Positions 39,000 to 49,065 are shown, numbered from the stretch's first letter. The stretch: DNA of 64,000 bases from an uncultured archaeon (GCA_964508365.1 CAZDTP010000004.1:33681-97680); one strand, 5' to 3'. A program made the numbers and translations. The notes: generated by a model not told the origin, from the sequence alone.

Positions 39000-39405
39000 T
39001 CATAGTAAAGAAATAAATTTTTTAAAGCTAATATATAATTCCGGGATACGCCTTTTTTTTATCTTTTCGTAGAGTCTTGTAAAATATTTTTTTTCCAACT
39101 TCATTTGCGAGAATATATAAGTTAAAATAATAATTAAGAGGATTAAAATGAATGAGAGAGAAAGGAATATGAATCCCATAATCGTTCCAAATGGTGTGTA
39201 TATTAAAGAAATTATAAAAACTATTATTAGTACTGAAATAATTAGCATAATCTTGCTTGGTTTACTCTTATATAAAGGTTTTTGGGTTCTAATAACAAAA
39301 AGTATAAGCAATTCGGTAATTACAGACAAAAAAAACTTTTTTTTTTTAATCATTTTTAAAATTTCATCTTGGGATTTAGAAAAAAGTTTTATATCGTTTT
39401 TGCAT
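39000..39405 (-). pseudogene. P-type (MgtA-like) ATPase relic: N-terminal codons joined to the last TM helices
   Basis: The C-terminal part ITELLILFVIRTQKPLYKSKPS...YTPFGTIMGF matches the cation-ATPase C domain. Upstream, (M)KNDIKLFSKSQDEILKM resembles the N domain. The junction is an A-run/T-run. Confidence 0.65.
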
Positions 39406-39443
39406 AGATTAATTTAATTCTTTAGAAAAATATTTAAAACAAA

Positions 39444-40448
39444 ATGAGTCAAATTCAGATAAGTCTTCCTAATGAACCAAAAAAGCATAAAGAATCCTTA
39501 ATTAGTGCCCTAAATGAGAAACTTAATATTAAAAGTATTGTCTTATTAGAAGGAGCTACCAATTCATTAGTCATTATTCGTTGTCGAGAGAATGCTGTTT
39601 CTAAAGTACTTGAAGTATTGAATGAAATTGGAGTGGGAATCGAATTTGGGATAATAGATATAATAGAATTACAAGTAACGATTCCAGAATTAAAAGACAA
39701 TCAATTAGAGATTTCCGAAGAGTTATCAAGCAGAGTATCTGTAGAAGAAATCGAATTCTCAATAAAGGAAGGAATGGATTTAGATTTAGATTATTATTTC
39801 TTCATAATACTAGCTGCTTTTATCGCAGGATCAGGGCTAATTTTAAATTCTCCTGCGATAATTATCGGGGCAATGATTATATCTCCATTAATGGGTCCTA
39901 TTCTGGGTGTTTCATATGGAATAATAAGCAAAAATTATCAGTTAGTCATTAAAGGAATATTTGGACAATTAATTAGTATTTTTATCGCAATAGGAATTGG
40001 AATTTTACTAGCAAGCTTAGCCTTCCTTATTTATAGTTCACCTTCTCTAACACATGAAATGATGACTAGAAATTTTCCAACGATTTTTGATTTGATCGTA
40101 TCTATCGGGGCGGGTTTAGCGGTCGGATTTGCCATCACGGGAAAAATAGAATCTTCTTTAGTAGGTATTGCTATAGCGGTATCATTGATGCCTCCTGCCG
40201 TTAATATCGGAGTATCTTTAATTTATGGAAATATACTTTTATCATTTGGGAGTTTTGTCCTTTTAACGTCAAATGTTCTTGCTATTAACTTCATGGCAAT
40301 TTTGATATTTAAAATTAAAAAAATAAAAATTTTAGAAAAAAAATACGCTTTTTGGAAGGGACCTGAGGAAAAAGTGGGTCAATTAAGTTTGGGTGCAAAA
40401 ATAGTTAAAAAAAAACCTAAAAAAGCTAAAAAAACTAAAAAACTATAA
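39444..40448 (+). CDS. DUF389 / TIGR00341 membrane protein
   Basis: GLILNSPAIIIGAMIISPLMGPI and LVGIAIAVSLMPPA. Confidence 0.9.
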   Translation: MSQIQISLPNEPKKHKESLISALNEKLNIKSIVLLEGATNSLVIIRCRENAVSKVLEVLNEIGVGIEFGIIDIIELQVTIPELKDNQLEISEELSSRVSVEEIEFSIKEGMDLDLDYYFFIILAAFIAGSGLILNSPAIIIGAMIISPLMGPILGVSYGIISKNYQLVIKGIFGQLISIFIAIGIGILLASLAFLIYSSPSLTHEMMTRNFPTIFDLIVSIGAGLAVGFAITGKIESSLVGIAIAVSLMPPAVNIGVSLIYGNILLSFGSFVLLTSNVLAINFMAILIFKIKKIKILEKKYAFWKGPEEKVGQLSLGAKIVKKKPKKAKKTKKL

Positions 40449-40457
40449 TTCTCTCCT

Positions 40458-41609
40458 CTAATTAATCATCTCTATAAAAGCTTCGATTCTTGTTTGTAAT
40501 CGTGTGGTATCTGCTTGATAAGATTCACGGTCAATATTTAATACGGGAATATCTAATTCTTTGAGTTCATGAGTAAAAAGCATGTTATCACAACCATGTA
40601 AATCGCAGTTGTTTATCCTTTGTAGAATAACGCCATCAATGTTAGCGTTTTTGATTTCTTCTTTCAGAAATTTAAGTCTATTTTCATGATCATCCATCAT
40701 TCTTGGACATGAAATTCGGTAATATAATCTTTGTGTGAGATTCTTAAGAGGATCTTTGCTATAATCAAGGTCTATCGTATCATGAAAATTCCGCGTACCA
40801 AAACAGATAAAATCTGATGCGACAAATGCCCCTGAGTTTTCAATGAGTTGAATAAAATCTATATTATCTACAACACTTCCGACGAGCATTATTCTTTTTT
40901 TTGAGCTGACATCCATTCCTTTTTTCAATTCTAAATCGTTTAAAATCCTCTTTAACTCTTCATTTGCAATTTCTTTGGGAACTGAAGCATTTGCCATGGA
41001 AATTTGTAAAGCTTCCGTTCCAGTAATTTTAGGAAAATCTTGAATTTGTAATTCATGGAGAACTCTCAATAAATCACGATTTTGATTGTAAATACCTATT
41101 GAATGATTAAGTGTTTCATTTGATATTTTACAATTATATGCCGTCTCAAGTTCTTCACGAAATTCTTCTATTTCTTTTAAATACCAATTGAATCCTTCTT
41201 CAGTAATTATGTGAGGTATTGAAAGATAAAACTTATCAATTTTCTTGTCAATATTATCTTTATTAAATACTTTTAAGTCGAATAATTCAAACATCCTTCT
41301 ACTATGGTCGCAACTATTACAGATGAGAAATCCATCCATGAAATTATATACCCCTTTTAATGCTAAATCTAAAGTAGCTCTAACGAAGGAACATGTAAAT
41401 CTAACCATGAAAGTATCCGCTAGTTCCGTATCTTTATTTCCAGTCGCTCGAATTCTATATGGTAAAATTCCCGCAGCGTGTAATAATTCTTCAGGAATAT
41501 AGGTACAATAATATCCTATAATCTTTTTATTCGAAGCATGCCAACCGTCAATATAAGAATTTCTTATAGAATTTGAAATATTTAGAAAGGGATCATCTTT
41601 TAAATTCAT
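40458..41609 (-). CDS. 2-hydroxyacyl-CoA dehydratase family subunit (HgdB/FldC-like)
   Basis: GYYCTYIPEE, FTCSFVR, NSCDHSRR, FICFGTR, CPRM, NCDLHG and TRIEAFIE; GAGGTG RBS. Confidence 0.88.
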   Translation of the reverse strand: MNLKDDPFLNISNSIRNSYIDGWHASNKKIIGYYCTYIPEELLHAAGILPYRIRATGNKDTELADTFMVRFTCSFVRATLDLALKGVYNFMDGFLICNSCDHSRRMFELFDLKVFNKDNIDKKIDKFYLSIPHIITEEGFNWYLKEIEEFREELETAYNCKISNETLNHSIGIYNQNRDLLRVLHELQIQDFPKITGTEALQISMANASVPKEIANEELKRILNDLELKKGMDVSSKKRIMLVGSVVDNIDFIQLIENSGAFVASDFICFGTRNFHDTIDLDYSKDPLKNLTQRLYYRISCPRMMDDHENRLKFLKEEIKNANIDGVILQRINNCDLHGCDNMLFTHELKELDIPVLNIDRESYQADTTRLQTRIEAFIEMIN

Positions 41610-41619
41610 TCTCTACACC

Positions 41620-42105
41620 TCACGTGCTCTGTTTATACACTTCATGCTTTCCAATCATTAGGCAACGTACCAATTTGATTGCAGCAATATAAGAACCTTT
41701 AATTCTTGCTTTTCCAGGGATTAAATACTTTAAAAGTTTCATCAATCCGAAAAAATTGCTTTTTGAACGAATTATACTACTTAATACTAGCAAAACCTTT
41801 TCTTCTTTAACATTAATAGTAATTTGGGCTGAAGGAGTTTTAGCTTTTTGAACTTGACATTCAAAATTCTGTCTTTCAGAAGTTAAGGTAAATGTGATGT
41901 ATCCATCTAAATCTTTAAGGTACATTTCAATTTCCTTACCTTCATATTTCCCGATTTTTTGAAAGGGTTCATCTAAACCAAATAGATCTACTAACATCTT
42001 TGCTAATCTTGCGATATTAAGAATTTTTGTTTGCTTTACTAATTGCTCTGCCCTAAATGTTCTATCTGGTTCTTCTGAACTTTTCACTTGAGTAATTATC
42101 TTCAC
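41620..42105 (-). CDS. SCP2-like lipid-binding protein
   Basis: PSAQITINV...LKYLIPGKARIKGSYIAAIKL is SCP2-like. Co-oriented 11 nt upstream of the dehydratase gene. Confidence 0.55.
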   Translation of the reverse strand: MKIITQVKSSEEPDRTFRAEQLVKQTKILNIARLAKMLVDLFGLDEPFQKIGKYEGKEIEMYLKDLDGYITFTLTSERQNFECQVQKAKTPSAQITINVKEEKVLLVLSSIIRSKSNFFGLMKLLKYLIPGKARIKGSYIAAIKLVRCLMIGKHEVYKQST

Positions 42106-42431
42106 CTTTAGAACAATTATGATATCTCTAAAATTGTAGTTTATCAGTATAGTAATTTATTAGTATAGTAATCTTAGGTTTATAAATTAATAAATCTACA
42201 TGTAAAATTGATTCCTATTTACGAAAGGTAAAATTTTTCTTCTTTTTTTAAAACTTTTCAATAAGTATTGATATTGATAAGGGGTTAAAGATGGGAATTT
42301 GATTGAGAAATGTTTAATAGTAGTTCTTATTTACTAAATCTTGCACATTTTTTAGTTTAAATTGAAAGATTTAAAGTTTAAACTGAATCATTCAATTTAT
42401 ATGAAAATTGATTTAAAATCGGTTAAAAATT

Positions 42432-44351
42432 ATGGGAAAGACATTAACAGAGAAAATATTAGAAAAACATCTGATTGAGGGCACTTTAGAAAGAGGTTCA
42501 GATATTGCTATTAAAATTGATCAAACACTCACACAAGACGCTACTGGCACTATGGCATATTTACAATTCGAAGCAATTGGGATCCCTCGTATAAAAACTG
42601 AGTTATCGGTAAGTTATGTAGATCATAACACATTACAAACTGATTTTAAAAATCCCGACGATCATAGATATCTCCAGAGTATCGCAGCTAAATATGGACT
42701 TTATTTTTCGCGCCCAGGAAATGGAATTTGTCACCAACTTCACTTGGAACGCTTTGCACGCCCGGGTAAAACTTTATTAGGGAGTGATAGTCACACTCCA
42801 ACAGGTGGGGGTGTAGGCATGATCGCTATTGGAGCGGGAGGTCTTGATGTAGCTGCTGCAATGGCTGGTGATGAATTTTATTTGAAAATGCCTAAGATTG
42901 TAAATGTGTTTCTTACCGGAAAACTCCCTGATTTTGTGTCAGCTAAAGATGTAATTCTTGAAGTATTAAGGCGAATTGGAGTTAAAGGAGGTGTTAATAA
43001 AGTATTAGAATACACTGGACCAGGAATAAAGACTCTAACAGTACCAGAACGAGGAACGATAACTAACATGGGAACTGAAACGGGAGCTACGACTTCAATA
43101 TTTCCTTCTGATGAAATTACAAAAGAATTCTTGATTTCTCAAGAAAGAGGCGACCAATGGACTCAGATTTTACCAGATGAGGATGCCGTTTATGACGAAA
43201 CTATTAAAATTAATCTAAGCGAACTTGTTCCTCTTGTGGCCTTACCGCATAGTCCCGGAAATGTAAAAACAGTGAAGGAAGTAGAGGGATTAAAAGTAGA
43301 TCAAGTTTGCATAGGTAGCTGCACGAATTCATCATTAAGAGATCTTAAAATTTCTGCTAACATATTAAAAGGAAAAACTATCAACGAACATACTGTTTTA
43401 ACAGTCTCACCAGGTTCTCGCCAAGTTGTTGATCATCTGATTAATTCTGGGGAGATGGCATATTTAATTGAAGCGGGAGCAAGAATCCTTGAAAATGCAT
43501 GTGGACCTTGTATTGGTATGGGATTAGCCCCAAAAAGTGATGCTGTAACCTTAAGAACGTTTAATAGAAACTTTCTTGGAAGATCTGGAACTGAAAGTGC
43601 CCAAACATATCTTGTAAGCCCTGAAACTTCGGCAGTATCTGCTATTTATGGCAAGATTACGGATCCAAGATCTTTTGGAAATTTACCAGAAATTAAAATG
43701 CCCAAGAAATTTATGGTTAATGACAACATGATTATACCACCAAAAGAAGACACCGATTCTATAGAAATAGTTCGTGGTCCTAATATTAAACCTTTACCTG
43801 AATTTAATCCTTTACCAGATAAATTAGAAGGAGAGGTTCTTCTTAAAATTGGAGATGACATTACTACTGATGCAATAATGCCTGCAGGTGCAGAAATTTT
43901 ACCTTTGCGATCGAACATTCCAGAGATAAGTAAATTTGTTTTCAATATTGTTGATCCAACTTTTCCAGAAAGATCCTTAGAAAAGCAGGGCGGTTTTATT
44001 GTTGGAGGAGATAACTACGGTCAAGGTTCCAGTAGAGAACACGCTGCTATTGCGCCAAAATATCTTGGACTTAAAGCAGTTATTGTAAAATCGTTTGCAC
44101 GAATTCATCTAGCTAATCTTATAAACTTTGGAATTGTTCCTTTAACATTTGTTAACAAAGATGATTATAATAAGATTGAGCAAGGTGACAAAATTGAAGT
44201 CGACCTAACAACAATAGACTCTGGAAATGTTACGTTAAAGAATCTCACTAAAGGAACTGAATCCAATTTAGTTCATTCTTTAAGCGAGACAGAGATTGAA
44301 GTTCTAAAAGTGGGAGGAAAACTTCCGTCCATAAAACAAAGACACAGTTAA
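42432..44351 (+). CDS. acn: Aconitate hydratase (short Aquifex-type)
   Basis: DQTLTQDATG, DSHT, IGSCTNSS, CGPCIGMG, NRNF, ITTD and GSSREHAA. Confidence 0.92.
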   Translation: MGKTLTEKILEKHLIEGTLERGSDIAIKIDQTLTQDATGTMAYLQFEAIGIPRIKTELSVSYVDHNTLQTDFKNPDDHRYLQSIAAKYGLYFSRPGNGICHQLHLERFARPGKTLLGSDSHTPTGGGVGMIAIGAGGLDVAAAMAGDEFYLKMPKIVNVFLTGKLPDFVSAKDVILEVLRRIGVKGGVNKVLEYTGPGIKTLTVPERGTITNMGTETGATTSIFPSDEITKEFLISQERGDQWTQILPDEDAVYDETIKINLSELVPLVALPHSPGNVKTVKEVEGLKVDQVCIGSCTNSSLRDLKISANILKGKTINEHTVLTVSPGSRQVVDHLINSGEMAYLIEAGARILENACGPCIGMGLAPKSDAVTLRTFNRNFLGRSGTESAQTYLVSPETSAVSAIYGKITDPRSFGNLPEIKMPKKFMVNDNMIIPPKEDTDSIEIVRGPNIKPLPEFNPLPDKLEGEVLLKIGDDITTDAIMPAGAEILPLRSNIPEISKFVFNIVDPTFPERSLEKQGGFIVGGDNYGQGSSREHAAIAPKYLGLKAVIVKSFARIHLANLINFGIVPLTFVNKDDYNKIEQGDKIEVDLTTIDSGNVTLKNLTKGTESNLVHSLSETEIEVLKVGGKLPSIKQRHS

Positions 44352-44377
44352 TTTTTTATTTTTTTCATTTATTTTGA

Positions 44378-45478
44378 TTATTTCAACCCTGCAACATCGA
44401 TTATGGTATTAGCAATAGCTTCAGGTTCATATTCTTCAATAAAATGGTTTGAATTTTCAAAAATCTTTATTTGACCTTTAAGTTGAGGGAGATGATCAAC
44501 CCATTGCTGTAAGACTTCATCCTTTGCTAGTGGATCCAATTCACCAATAACCGCTCGAACAGCGATATTTTGGCCATCAGGACCCCATAATCTTCCAATT
44601 TTATCTTGTATAAGACGATAAAAGGGAGTAGTATCTCGTTCTCCTAATGTCGGTTCTTTATATGAATTTCCATGACCCCATAAAGGTGTTTGAAGCACTA
44701 AGCGTTTTGAGCTTAATGTATTTGGTTTAGATTGGAATTGCTCTCTAAATATTCTTTGACTAACACTTTCGTGTTCCATTAATGTTCCCTTCTCTTTTAT
44801 TGTGGCAAGCATGATTGGCATGTTTGTTAATAATTCATCTGGATTTTCAAGATTATAAAAAATAGCAAACGATGCAAATGCACCCCAATAATTATCAGGT
44901 ATTGTTTTTGGTAATTTACTCCATGGTAATCGCTTCAATGGATAATTCTCAAATGTCATGCCCGTTAGTGGCATTGGGAAAACAGTACTATTCAATATAA
45001 CTAGATTTGATACGCGTTCGGGTAATTTTAGAAATGCTCCAATACCAATTGGGCCACCCCAATCGTGGATAATTAGAGTAACATTCCGTAGATTCAAATA
45101 TCGTATTAATTGAACTAAATTTTGAGCGTGATCCATGCAAACCATTTCGAAAGATGCTTGATCTGATAAACCAAAACCAATGTGATCCATTGCTACAATC
45201 CTAATAGACTTTTTAGCTGTGTTAACTAAGTGCTTTATAACACCTCTATAGGTATACGAGCACTCAGGGTTGCCATGGACAAAAACAATCGTATTTTCTG
45301 GTTCTCCAGTTCCGTGTTTACTATCTCTGAAAAACATTTTTTTTCCGGCATCCATCCCTTCCTCGATTTCATACCAATTTCCACATCCCTGTGGGTAATA
45401 ATCCTCTGGAACATTTTTAATAGGTGAATTATTCGGAAGTGATTTTAAATTTATTTTTTTCACCATGAATAACACCAA
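44378..45478 (-). CDS. Alpha/beta hydrolase, haloalkane-dehalogenase-like
   Basis: HGNP..SY.YR, DHIGFGLSD, HDWGG (Asp nucleophile) and NHFIEE. Confidence 0.85.
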   Translation of the reverse strand: MVLFMVKKINLKSLPNNSPIKNVPEDYYPQGCGNWYEIEEGMDAGKKMFFRDSKHGTGEPENTIVFVHGNPECSYTYRGVIKHLVNTAKKSIRIVAMDHIGFGLSDQASFEMVCMDHAQNLVQLIRYLNLRNVTLIIHDWGGPIGIGAFLKLPERVSNLVILNSTVFPMPLTGMTFENYPLKRLPWSKLPKTIPDNYWGAFASFAIFYNLENPDELLTNMPIMLATIKEKGTLMEHESVSQRIFREQFQSKPNTLSSKRLVLQTPLWGHGNSYKEPTLGERDTTPFYRLIQDKIGRLWGPDGQNIAVRAVIGELDPLAKDEVLQQWVDHLPQLKGQIKIFENSNHFIEEYEPEAIANTIIDVAGLK

Positions 45479-45600
45479 AAATATTATAATGTAAAATCAG
45501 CTTAAATTCCTTGCTATTCATTCATAGGTAATACCCTGATCTAAAGGTATTTAGCGATTTTTAGAAAATATTTAATTCAATTAATTGCTATCGAGACTCG

Positions 45601-46362
45601 ATGAGCTCTAAAAAATATGCTACTGATCCGAAGAAAAGATTTTCTAATAGAGTAGAAAACTATATCAAATACCGACCAAGCTACCCATTAGAAATTATTA
45701 ATTTTCTAAAAGAGAGAAATATACTAGCAAAAAATACTATAATTGCCGATATCGGATCAGGTACAGGAATTCTAACCAAAATATTCTTAGATAATGGTAA
45801 CCAAGTTTATGGGATTGAACCCAATAAAGATATGAGAGAAGCAGCTGAAAAAATTCTCCATGGATATACAAATTTTATAAGTCTTGAAGGTTCTGCTGAG
45901 TCTACGGGATTAGAGGAATATAGTATAGAACTTATCGTTGCTGGGCAAGCTTTTCATTGGTTCTTTGTAGAGAGGACTAAGAGAGAATTTAAAAGAATAT
46001 TAAAACCAAATGGTAATGTAGCATTAATTTGGAACAATCGCGGAAAAGCCGGAACAGATTTTAATAATAGCTATGAAAATTTCATTTTAAAATACGGCAC
46101 GGATGTTAGAGAAGTAAGGAAAAATGAGGGAAATGTGAATCTTTTTTTTAATTATCAAAAAGAAACATTCTATAATTTTCAAGAATTAGATTTTACCAGT
46201 TTTAAAGGTAGGGTCCTTTCATCATCTTACATTCCTTTAGCTGATACTCCTATTTTCCCAAAAATGATATTGGAACTGGAGGATTTATTTAACAAACACC
46301 AACGGAATGGTATTATTAAAATTGAATACGATACCGAAATATACCTTGGTAAATTAGAATAA
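45601..46362 (+). CDS. Class I SAM-dependent methyltransferase
   Basis: YIKYRPSYP, ADIGSGTG and AGQAFHWF. Confidence 0.9.
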   Translation: MSSKKYATDPKKRFSNRVENYIKYRPSYPLEIINFLKERNILAKNTIIADIGSGTGILTKIFLDNGNQVYGIEPNKDMREAAEKILHGYTNFISLEGSAESTGLEEYSIELIVAGQAFHWFFVERTKREFKRILKPNGNVALIWNNRGKAGTDFNNSYENFILKYGTDVREVRKNEGNVNLFFNYQKETFYNFQELDFTSFKGRVLSSSYIPLADTPIFPKMILELEDLFNKHQRNGIIKIEYDTEIYLGKLE

Positions 46363-46365
46363 TTT
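46223..46365 (+). repeat. Direct repeat copy 1 (3' end of the methyltransferase gene)
   Basis: catcttacattcctttagctgata...gaatacgataccgaa...taaattagaataatt recurs at 47086. Confidence 0.92.
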
Positions 46366-46403
46366 TTAATACTTATTCATTATTTAATTTTTTAGGTATT
46401 ATT

Positions 46404-47066
46404 ATGAATATTATTGAAGATGAATACCGTAAAATAATTGAATTTTATCCTAATGCAATTGTTGAGAAAAATTGTATTTCTCAAGTAAAAATTCCAGTAA
46501 AAGATAAATTTTTTTTGGAAATCAACTTTAAAAATTACCCAAAAAAACCAATTGTTAATTTAATTAGTAAAGATGACCGTATGTATCGAAAAGTTGATAA
46601 AATTATTCCCTTATTAAATAGATGGGAAAAAAAAAATCCTCCTTTTATTATTGATCTCATTAATGAGATATTAACTTTCATTAACAGTTTGGAATCTAAA
46701 GATATAAAAATTAAAAAAGAATTACTAAATGGACTCTTAGCGTTATGTAAAAATCAACATCCGAGAGAAATATTAGGACTTTTAAGAATCATTAATGGAA
46801 TCGCGATAGAATATATTTTACCTCCAGGAGCAATTACTTCTAACACTTCTGGGTCTCTTATTCCTAGTAGATTGGGTTTTGATTTATCTCTCAAGGGATC
46901 TATTCATTCTCATCCTTCTGGAAATCCTAATCCTTCTCTTGTTGATATTAATAATGTATTTAAAACAAAAAAATTCAATTTTATTATTGCTTATCCATAT
47001 GATTTGAGCAGTATAAGATGCTTTAATAGTAAAGGACGGGAGATTGAGTTCAGCATATTAGATTAA
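46404..47066 (+). CDS. UEV/RWD-like (E2-fold, no catalytic Cys) domain fused to JAB/MPN+ (JAMM) metallopeptidase
   Basis: The C-half has an intact JAMM motif (HPRE...HSHPSGNPNPSLVD). The N-half LEINFKNYPKKPIV...LNRW...IIDLINEIL resembles the UBC fold. Confidence 0.75.
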   Translation: MNIIEDEYRKIIEFYPNAIVEKNCISQVKIPVKDKFFLEINFKNYPKKPIVNLISKDDRMYRKVDKIIPLLNRWEKKNPPFIIDLINEILTFINSLESKDIKIKKELLNGLLALCKNQHPREILGLLRIINGIAIEYILPPGAITSNTSGSLIPSRLGFDLSLKGSIHSHPSGNPNPSLVDINNVFKTKKFNFIIAYPYDLSSIRCFNSKGREIEFSILD

Positions 47067-47085
47067 AAGATTAGAGCCCTTTCTG

Positions 47086-47227
47086 CATCTTACATTCCTT
47101 TAGCTGATAATCTTATTTTTCCAAAAATGTTATTGGGATTGGAAGATTTATTTACCAGACACCAACGGAATGAAATTATTAGAATTGAATACGATACCGA
47201 ATAATATCTTCGTAAATTAGAATAATT
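47086..47227 (+). repeat. Direct repeat copy 2 (degenerate methyltransferase 3' end)
   Basis: First 24 nt identical to copy 1, roughly 85-90% overall by eye. Encodes SYIPLADNLIFPKMLLGLEDLFTRHQRNEIIRIEYDTE*YLRKLE*. Confidence 0.92.
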
Positions 47228-47322
47228 CAGAAGTTTATTATTTAGAGAATTTGAAAGAAAATCTTTTTAATCCTAAAATTGTTAGTAAAAAATAAGCAAA
47301 TTAACAAATTTAAGGTATAAAT

Positions 47323-47898
47323 ATGAAAGTAGTTGTTTTTAATGGAAGTCCTAGGAGTGATGGTAATACCTCCCTATGTTTAAATATGGTAATGGACGAA
47401 TTGAAGAGTGCCGGAATTGAGACTGAATACATTTGGATCGGTATGGATAAAATCGAAGGGTGTATCTCCTGTTATCAATGTGCTAAGAATAAAGATAAGA
47501 AATGTGGAGTTAAAACTGACAAATTGAACGAATATTTAGAAAAAATGATAGAAGCTGATGGCATAATATTAGGATCACCTACATATTTTGCGGATACTTC
47601 TACAAGAATGAAAGCTTTAATCGAAAGAGCAGGTCTCGTTAGTAAAATGAATGGTGACCTACTTAAACATAAAGTGGGTGCCAGCGTAGTAGCTGTAAGG
47701 CGCGCAGGAGCGACACATGTATTTTCGAGTATGAATTATTTTTTCCTAATTAATCAAATGTTTGTAGTAGGTTCAAGCTATTGGAATTTAGGTATCGGGT
47801 ATAATCCCGGAGATGTGATGAATGACACGGAAGGAAAACAAACATTTAAAAATTTAGGTCAAAACATGGCTTACTTACTTCAAAAACTTAATATATAA
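47323..47898 (+). CDS. Iron-sulfur flavoprotein / NADPH-dependent FMN reductase family
   Basis: NGSPRSDGNT, CISCYQC...C, GSPTYF and RRAG. Confidence 0.88.
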   Translation: MKVVVFNGSPRSDGNTSLCLNMVMDELKSAGIETEYIWIGMDKIEGCISCYQCAKNKDKKCGVKTDKLNEYLEKMIEADGIILGSPTYFADTSTRMKALIERAGLVSKMNGDLLKHKVGASVVAVRRAGATHVFSSMNYFFLINQMFVVGSSYWNLGIGYNPGDVMNDTEGKQTFKNLGQNMAYLLQKLNI

Positions 47899-47958
47899 TT
47901 AAGCAGAAAGATGCTGGCTAATTATTTTTATTACTTTTTAGGTAAAAATCTCTTTTAG

Positions 47959-48414
47959 TTATTTATCTTTCAACTCATAAAGCGTATCACAGAAAGGGTC
48001 ACCCTCAGCGAGAGTTTTAATAATTTTTATTCGTACTTTTTCGTTCACAGCAGTTCGGAAATATTCACCGTCAATCTCCATTACCGTCTCACATAATTCT
48101 CTTGAAGTATTTTCTAGCCCAAAAGGACATTTAGTTCCTTGGATTTGGAATTTTTCATCAGAAATTTCAATTACTTTTACATCATTCATATCAAAGCTTT
48201 TAGAAAATGCTGTTGCTACGGTTGATAATCTATTGTCAGGTAATTTCTTTTTTACTTTTAAGCCGAGAGAACAACCCTGCTTCCTACACACATCTTTAAT
48301 TATAGGTAAAACAGCCCTTCCGAATTTTTCATAACAAGCTTTAATTAACATTCCTTGTGCTTCTATTGGATTTTTTGGTAATTCATTTATGTTAATTTTT
48401 TTCAAGGTCTTCAC
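47959..48414 (-). CDS. ATC-hydrolase/V4R-like protein
   Basis: TKCPFG...ELCE...KTLAEGDPFCD. Confidence 0.7.
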   Translation of the reverse strand: MKTLKKININELPKNPIEAQGMLIKACYEKFGRAVLPIIKDVCRKQGCSLGLKVKKKLPDNRLSTVATAFSKSFDMNDVKVIEISDEKFQIQGTKCPFGLENTSRELCETVMEIDGEYFRTAVNEKVRIKIIKTLAEGDPFCDTLYELKDK

Positions 48415-48502
48415 CTATTTAATTTTAAAAGCCAATTTAATAGAGTTAAAACATCATCTCTCATTAAAATTGAGTATTTTATAAAAAAAAGATTCTTTCT
48501 AT

Positions 48503-48932
48503 CTAAATGTTATCTTTAGTTATTTTAATTACTAAAGGTCCAATATTAGAAGGAATATCAATTTCTATATATCCATCAGGATCTTCATTAAGTAACCTTG
48601 TTTAAATTCTCAATAGTATAAAGATCTGATAAATATGTTTTGTCGTTCTCAAAATTATATAACCCTATTCCTCCACCGAGTTTTCCATAATGACTGTCAT
48701 GGTATGTTAACCATTTAAATCCTCTGGTTCCATCTAAAAGTTGAACATATCCTCCATTATGAGCAGTGCCCGTTATTCTATCGTTACCTAGTTGATGAAA
48801 ATGATCTGTTGAAAAACCATAAGACGTTTTGACTTTTGCAATTGGATCTGTTAAATGATTACATTTATAATCATAAGCAGGAAATCCATTTTCATCTGTA
48901 ATCCATTCTCCAAAATAACCATTTCCCTTCAT
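48503..48932 (-). pseudogene. Relic of a large GH94-like glycoside phosphorylase/hydrolase gene (N-terminal 114 codons plus an out-of-frame probable C-terminus)
   Basis: FGEWITDENGFPAYDY...HFHQLGNDRITGTAHNGGYVQL resembles the N-terminus of large GH94-like proteins. After the stop, another frame reads NEDPDGYIEIDIPSNIGPLVIKITKDNI*. Confidence 0.55.
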
Positions 48933-49065
48933 TATGAAATCTATGATGATACTGTTAAATTTTATGTTTTTAATACCATTGTTTAATATTTTAAAATCGT
49001 ACTAAATATTAGTGTTTTTGAATTATTTATTAGTAATAGAATGAAATTACTGAAGTAAGTCGTGC

